From NCBI GenBank assembly GCA_041659805.1, contig JBAZXP010000001.1:640589-704588 (forward strand): a DNA stretch of 64,000 bases. The letters run 5' to 3'. A model generated the notes under the pieces. The model saw only the letters and a list, made by a program, of their open reading frames with translations. It searched no databases and was not told where the DNA came from. The translations under genes and the position numbers were made by a program. The stretch is from Microgenomates group bacterium. GTDB taxonomy: Bacteria; Patescibacteriota; Microgenomatia; Daviesbacterales; UBA10151. Shown in pieces: positions 59,332 through 64,000 of the stretch (positions are counted from its first letter, which is position 1; each line of letters begins with the position of its first letter).

Positions 59332-61103
59332 TTTAAGGAGACTTTTCGAATTCGGATGTTTTTGGGTGTAACTTCCACGATTTCGTCATCTGTAATATAT
59401 TCTAAGGCTCTTTCTAATGTCATGAGTTCCGGAACATTAAAATGTTCAGAAACACCTTCTCCTGCAGAACGATGATTTGTTTGTTGTTTTTCTTTACAAA
59501 CGTTAATTCTGATATCATCTTCTCTGGCGTTAGCTCCGATAACTTGTCCTGCATAAACAGGGGTTGCAGGTCCGATAAATAAATCTCCGCGACCCTGGGC
59601 TGCTAATAAGCCAAATAATTTAGTTATACCGCTTTCATGAACAACCAATGAACCTCTTTCTCTGGAGAAATTAATACCTGTGTCTTTTCTGTATTCTAAG
59701 AAGGTGCTGTTAATTATTCCGAGTCCATGAGTATCTGTGATAAATTCACTTCTGTAGCCGAAAAGTTCTTTTGTAGCAATTACAAATTCCATAGAAACAA
59801 TTCCGTTATTTTGATTCATTTCCTGCAATGCACCGTGTCGAAGGCCCATTTTTTGCATAACAGAACCTGAATAATCTTCGGGAACTTCAATTGAAACATT
59901 TTCAAACGGAGTCATAGTTATTCCGTCTATTTCTTTTTCGATAACCTGTGGTCGTGAAACTTGAAATTCGAATCCTTCACGTCTCATTCTTTCAATTAAA
60001 ATAGCTAAGTGAAGTTCACCACGTCCTGAAATAATCCATCCACCCATACCATCCTCAACTCTTAAGGCAACATCAGTTTCCAATTCTTTATAAAGTCTGT
60101 CCTGGATTTGTCTTGATGTTTTATAAACTCCCTCACGTCCCGCAAAAGGTGAGGCATTAACAGAGACTGTCATTCGGACAGTCGGTTCTTCAATATCCAA
60201 AAGTGGTAATGCTTGTGGATTATTCAAATCTGCAATTGTTTCACCGATTGTGATATCAGGAATACCTGCAATAGCACAAATGTCTCCGGCTTCGGCCGTT
60301 AAGGTTTCAATTCGTTCTAAACCTGAAAAAGTCATAAGAGAAGTTAAATGACATTTTTTTATCTCTCCGCGTCTATTTATCCAGGCAACGTCTTGTGCAG
60401 CTTTTATATTACCGTTGTAAATTCTTCCGACAGCAATTCTGCCTTTAAAATTATCACCGACAGTTGAAGTTACCAACATTTGTAAAGGTTTGTTCACATC
60501 AACTTTTGGAGCAGGAATATGTTCTAGAATCGCGTCAAAAATAGGGGTAATGTCCTGCATTTTATCTAAATCAGGTTCTAATCCTGCTTTGGCAAGCTTA
60601 CTAGAACAATAAACTGTTGGGAAATATGCAGTTTCTTCATCTGCACCAAGTTCCAGGAACAAATCAAATGTTTTATTTAAAACTTCCTGAATTCGTGCAT
60701 CAGCCTTATCGATTTTATTAATAACAACAATAATTTTATGTTTCATTTCCAAAGCCCTCTTAAGCACAAATCTGGTTTGAGGCATTGGTCCTTCTTTGGC
60801 GTCAATAAGCAATAAACATCCGTCAGCCATTTTTAAGACCCTTTCAACTTCACCACCAAAATCAGCGTGTCCCGGAGTATCTATAATATTGATTTTTGTA
60901 TCTTTCCAGATAATTGAGGCATTTTTAGAAAAGATTGTAATACCTCTTTCTTTTTCCAAATCATTACTATCCATGATTAAATGTGAGGTTTCTGTAAATT
61001 CTTTACCTAATTTGGTAGAAGACTGGCGCAGCAAGGCATCCACCAAAGTGGTTTTACCGTGATCTACGTGGGCTATAATCGCTACATTTCTGATGTTGTT
61101 CAT
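59328..61103 (-). CDS. typA: Translational GTPase TypA/BipA
   Basis: AHVDHGKTT, ERGITI, DTPGHADFGGEVER, GRGELHL, VEVTPKNIRIRK. Confidence 0.97.
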   Translation of the reverse strand: MNNIRNVAIIAHVDHGKTTLVDALLRQSSTKLGKEFTETSHLIMDSNDLEKERGITIFSKNASIIWKDTKINIIDTPGHADFGGEVERVLKMADGCLLLIDAKEGPMPQTRFVLKRALEMKHKIIVVINKIDKADARIQEVLNKTFDLFLELGADEETAYFPTVYCSSKLAKAGLEPDLDKMQDITPIFDAILEHIPAPKVDVNKPLQMLVTSTVGDNFKGRIAVGRIYNGNIKAAQDVAWINRRGEIKKCHLTSLMTFSGLERIETLTAEAGDICAIAGIPDITIGETIADLNNPQALPLLDIEEPTVRMTVSVNASPFAGREGVYKTSRQIQDRLYKELETDVALRVEDGMGGWIISGRGELHLAILIERMRREGFEFQVSRPQVIEKEIDGITMTPFENVSIEVPEDYSGSVMQKMGLRHGALQEMNQNNGIVSMEFVIATKELFGYRSEFITDTHGLGIINSTFLEYRKDTGINFSRERGSLVVHESGITKLFGLLAAQGRGDLFIGPATPVYAGQVIGANAREDDIRINVCKEKQQTNHRSAGEGVSEHFNVPELMTLERALEYITDDEIVEVTPKNIRIRKVSLN

Positions 61104-61235
61104 AATTCAATAAAAAAATCGCTTTCCGCGATCCCTAATGATACCATTTTTTTAACCAAAGTACAAATTACTGATCTCAAATTAAAACCTATAGTTTGAT
61201 ATTTCAAAATATTTCTGTTAAAATGTTTTTCAAAT

Positions 61236-61949
61236 ATGAGTACTTCTTCTGAAAAGGAACCAATTTCAATAAAAGAATTACTAATTAAGGCAACTTTTGC
61301 ACCTAATCGTGCTTTGAGACCTGGTGTTGAGGTAATTGATTTAGGTATTTTAGGTGAAGAAGCTGAAAGATTGCACGATCTTTCAGCTACCGGCACAAAA
61401 ATCGAATACATGTTACCTGCTATTATTACCTCTGATAGAAAAATAAAATTGCGCAAAGAAGATATTCATGGCAGTGGAAAGAGCGTGGCCTATCTAATGA
61501 AGATTCGCTTGGAAAGGAATTATACTAGACTTCCTAAAGAAAAGAGACAGGAATATTTTTTGGCTGTTGGTATACACAATCATCCTGTACCTACCCCTCC
61601 TTCCCCATGTGATTTGGGTGGCTTGTTTCTAAGTGACGAGAATCCAATCGCAAGCACAGCAGTTTTTACATCTTCCGAAGCAGAAAAAATTGTTCTTTTT
61701 CGAGGGGAAAATACTCCGGGCTGGACTCGGGATTTTATTGATCAAAAGGTAATATCTTGGGATAAGATGATAGAGGAAAGAGCGTTCGCGTCTTTAAGGC
61801 CGAACATGTTAATGCGCGAACAAACACAAACAAATCGTAGGGTGCAAATGGCTTGGTTAAGAGATGTTGTTGCTAAATATGATCTTCAGGCTTTTTCTTG
61901 TCCCATAAGAGAAAACATTGCTAGAAGAATGATATTCCCACAAAGATGA
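61236..61949 (+). CDS. Hypothetical protein with JAB/MPN-like metal motif
   Basis: E...GIHNHP..PPSPCDL matches HxH-x7-S-x2-D-like spacing. Confidence 0.6.
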   Translation: MSTSSEKEPISIKELLIKATFAPNRALRPGVEVIDLGILGEEAERLHDLSATGTKIEYMLPAIITSDRKIKLRKEDIHGSGKSVAYLMKIRLERNYTRLPKEKRQEYFLAVGIHNHPVPTPPSPCDLGGLFLSDENPIASTAVFTSSEAEKIVLFRGENTPGWTRDFIDQKVISWDKMIEERAFASLRPNMLMREQTQTNRRVQMAWLRDVVAKYDLQAFSCPIRENIARRMIFPQR

Positions 61950-62398
61950 GTATATTTAATGAAGGAGCACCAAACCCAGTAAAAGAGCTATTAATAGAGG
62001 CTACCTTTGCTTCTAACCGTGCTTTGAGGCCAGCTGTTGATCTAATTGATTTAGAGGAATTGGGTTTAGAGTCTGAGAGGATTTATGATAAATCTGTTTC
62101 TGGAGAGTGTTTAGATAGGGTTGAGTGCTTGTTGCCTGCTAGTGTTACAGCTGATAGAAAACTGGAATTGCATGGAGAAGAAATAGGCAGATTGCATCTT
62201 AAGGCGAGCAGTATGTTAGATATAGGATTAGATCTAAATTTTTATAAACTTCCTAAAGAACAGTGACAAGAACTTTATATAGCTACAGGTATTCGTAATT
62301 ATCCAATGCCTAAGTGGCCTTATCCTCCTTAAGGCTTTTTCCTGTCCTTTGAGAGAAAATATTGCCAGAAGGATGGTATTTGGAGAGGGTCTTAAATG
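61946..62398 (+). pseudogene. Disrupted tandem paralogue of 61236..61949
   Basis: KELLIEATFASNRALRP homology; TGA at 62264; homology continues (QELYIATGIRNYP), then after a deletion AFSCPLRENIARRMVF. Confidence 0.85.
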
Positions 62399-62443
62399 AG
62401 AAAAGATGACAGCTCATATTAAATTCTAGCTCTTTTGTGCTTA

Positions 62444-63184
62444 TCAGCGGATTTCGTAGCTCAGAGTAACATTAATTATTACTTCATTAGAACCTGTTTC
62501 AAGCTTTGTCTCAGGAGTAGCAGCCAGATTTGCCCCTCCAAGTCCCATTGCTCGGATAATAGGGCTTCCGCCGGTGTTTTCACTGTAATTAACAATCTTA
62601 CCTAAAGTGAAACCTGCAATTTTTGCAGCATCTTCGGCTTTTTTCTTGGCTGCAGCTACTGCTTTTGTTCTGGCCTCATTTTCAGCAGAAGTTGTGTCTG
62701 TTGAATCAAAACCCAGATTATTGACATTATTTGCTCCAGCTTGGGTTGCAGCATCAATTACTTTTCCTGCTTCATCAATTTTTCTGACCTTAACAGTTAA
62801 ATTTGTGTTGGCACTGTATCCTGTTATTCTTTGGGGGCCGCCTGAATAATCATAAGTCGGATTTATGTTGTAATTTGCGGTTTGAATATCTTTGGAATCT
62901 ATTCCAAGTGCTTTAACACTCTCAGAAACTTTGCCAATTATTTGATTAACCTTATCCTGAACTTCTTTTGTAGTAGTGCCCGTTGCAGAAACTCCTGCAG
63001 ATATGGTTGCAAAATCAGGTTTAATTGTAGATTTACCCTCTCCTGTTACGTCAAAGGTAGTAGTTTTAGTTGTGGAGGTAGAATTTACCTGAAAGGGAAT
63101 AGGTCCTACAAATTTGGTATAAATGAATAGAAGAATAAAAAAGATTATTAGTGTAGCTGTTGAGCTTCCAATTTGTTTAAGCAT
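62444..63184 (-). CDS. SIMPL/DUF541 domain protein
   Basis: VTGEGK..KPD.A, IQTANYNINP.Y, GAN.V..LGF, A.KKAEDAA. Confidence 0.9.
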   Translation of the reverse strand: MLKQIGSSTATLIIFFILLFIYTKFVGPIPFQVNSTSTTKTTTFDVTGEGKSTIKPDFATISAGVSATGTTTKEVQDKVNQIIGKVSESVKALGIDSKDIQTANYNINPTYDYSGGPQRITGYSANTNLTVKVRKIDEAGKVIDAATQAGANNVNNLGFDSTDTTSAENEARTKAVAAAKKKAEDAAKIAGFTLGKIVNYSENTGGSPIIRAMGLGGANLAATPETKLETGSNEVIINVTLSYEIR

Positions 63185-63217
63185 AATCTTACTCAAATAA
63201 TACGTCAGTTAAATACT

Positions 63218-64000
63218 TTATGCAAGAATTTCCTGAATCTCTGAGTTAAATTCTTCTATGGTCGCATGCCTTTTTCTATAATCAGGAGCCAAGGCTCTTC
63301 TTAAACTATGTGATAATAGCTTTTGTTTTGTGCTTGGTAAGATGTCGCCATAGGCAGCACTTAAAGGGACAGGTAATTCTACATCTTCAACAAATGCTTC
63401 TCTGTCTAATTTACTTTTCCGGCAAGTTAGGGATTCAAATATTACTGTTGCAAAAGAAAAAACATCCGATTGGATATGTAATCTACCCTTGCCTTTTGTT
63501 GCCAGTGTAAATTGTTCTGGTGGTGCGTAATTATTTGATATATCACAGCTGATATCAGGGCTAGTGCTCCCGGCTTCCGTAATTGGAAAACTGTTACTAA
63601 AGTCGACTACTTTTACCTTACCCTCTTCATTAAACATAATATTTGACGGTTTAATATCGCCGTGGACGTATCCTATCATGTTAATATGGGATAAGGCAGT
63701 TGCCGTCTGATCGATGGTTGATGCTAGCCAATGTAAAGGAAGATTTAAACTAGGTTTTTGTATTTGATCTTTTAAAGTCCCCCCGTGTAGCCATTCCATA
63801 ATTATGCATGGGTCAGCATTTTTGGAAACCGCCATACCTAGAAATTGAGTTATATGTGGATTGGTAGCCTGATCCATTAACTCAGCTTCTTTTAATAAGG
63901 TTGGGATAGGCCCGGTTTTTGCTGCAACGATATTTCCAGTGGCATTATCTCTAATTTTTAAAATGAAAGATTTAATTTTGCTTAAACCTTTTACGGGTAG
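63218..64000 (-). CDS. Hanks-type Ser/Thr protein kinase (5' end off window)
   Basis: Frame open to 64000 and includes IVAAK..KEAE upstream of the track start; HGDIKPSN, VDFS, YAPPE, SDVFS. Confidence 0.9.
   Translation of the reverse strand, partial: LPVKGLSKIKSFILKIRDNATGNIVAAKTGPIPTLLKEAELMDQATNPHITQFLGMAVSKNADPCIIMEWLHGGTLKDQIQKPSLNLPLHWLASTIDQTATALSHINMIGYVHGDIKPSNIMFNEEGKVKVVDFSNSFPITEAGSTSPDISCDISNNYAPPEQFTLATKGKGRLHIQSDVFSFATVIFESLTCRKSKLDREAFVEDVELPVPLSAAYGDILPSTKQKLLSHSLRRALAPDYRKRHATIEEFNSEIQEILA

Noticed and set aside
62264-62266. TGA read-through (genetic code 25) in the duplicated gene
   Set aside because: TGA ends bona fide genes here (gatA, gatB, gatC), conserved genes have no in-frame TGA, and the copy has other lesions
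688-63510. Numerous 60-130 aa ORFs antisense to or nested in long genes (e.g. 51691..52092, 61100..61456, 32427..32744)
   Set aside because: Shadow frames of well-supported genes, with no motifs or start signals
1-64000. CRISPR array, cas genes, rRNA, IS transposase or integrase
   Set aside because: No regularly spaced repeats or recognisable motifs seen by eye

Overview
AT-rich bacterial chromosome segment using standard code 11. The gene set, short housekeeping proteins and mostly leaderless starts suggest Patescibacteria/CPR, possibly Microgenomates; this is inference. In order it holds: a wzm/wzt plus glycosyltransferase surface-glycan locus; five tRNAs (Thr, Gly, Asp, Glu, Lys) with orphan genes between them; polX-lemA-htpX-obg-gatCAB-dnaE-rplS-rnhB-yraN; a MacAB-like exporter; rsmI and dedA; a putative three-gene toxin-antitoxin module; lexA; a SipW/TasA-like fibre operon followed by a degenerate sortase; uvrB, uvrA, uvrC; secG; typA; and a partial Ser/Thr kinase. 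Most notable observations: (1) a TasA/SipW-like fibre system with three TasA-like subunits and an attenuator-like leader; (2) a two-gene membrane protein plus PD-(D/E)xK nuclease cassette, bounded by an 11-bp direct repeat, between tRNA-Thr and tRNA-Gly; (3) a direct-repeat SOS box TTCGG-N6-TT(C/T)G(T/G) upstream of lexA, uvrB and uvrA; (4) an unannotated stand-alone sigma-70 region-4 mini-ORF; (5) a SelO-like kinase-fold orphan; (6) several intact ORFs that have lost catalytic residues. All functional calls come from motif recognition by eye; no database search was run.
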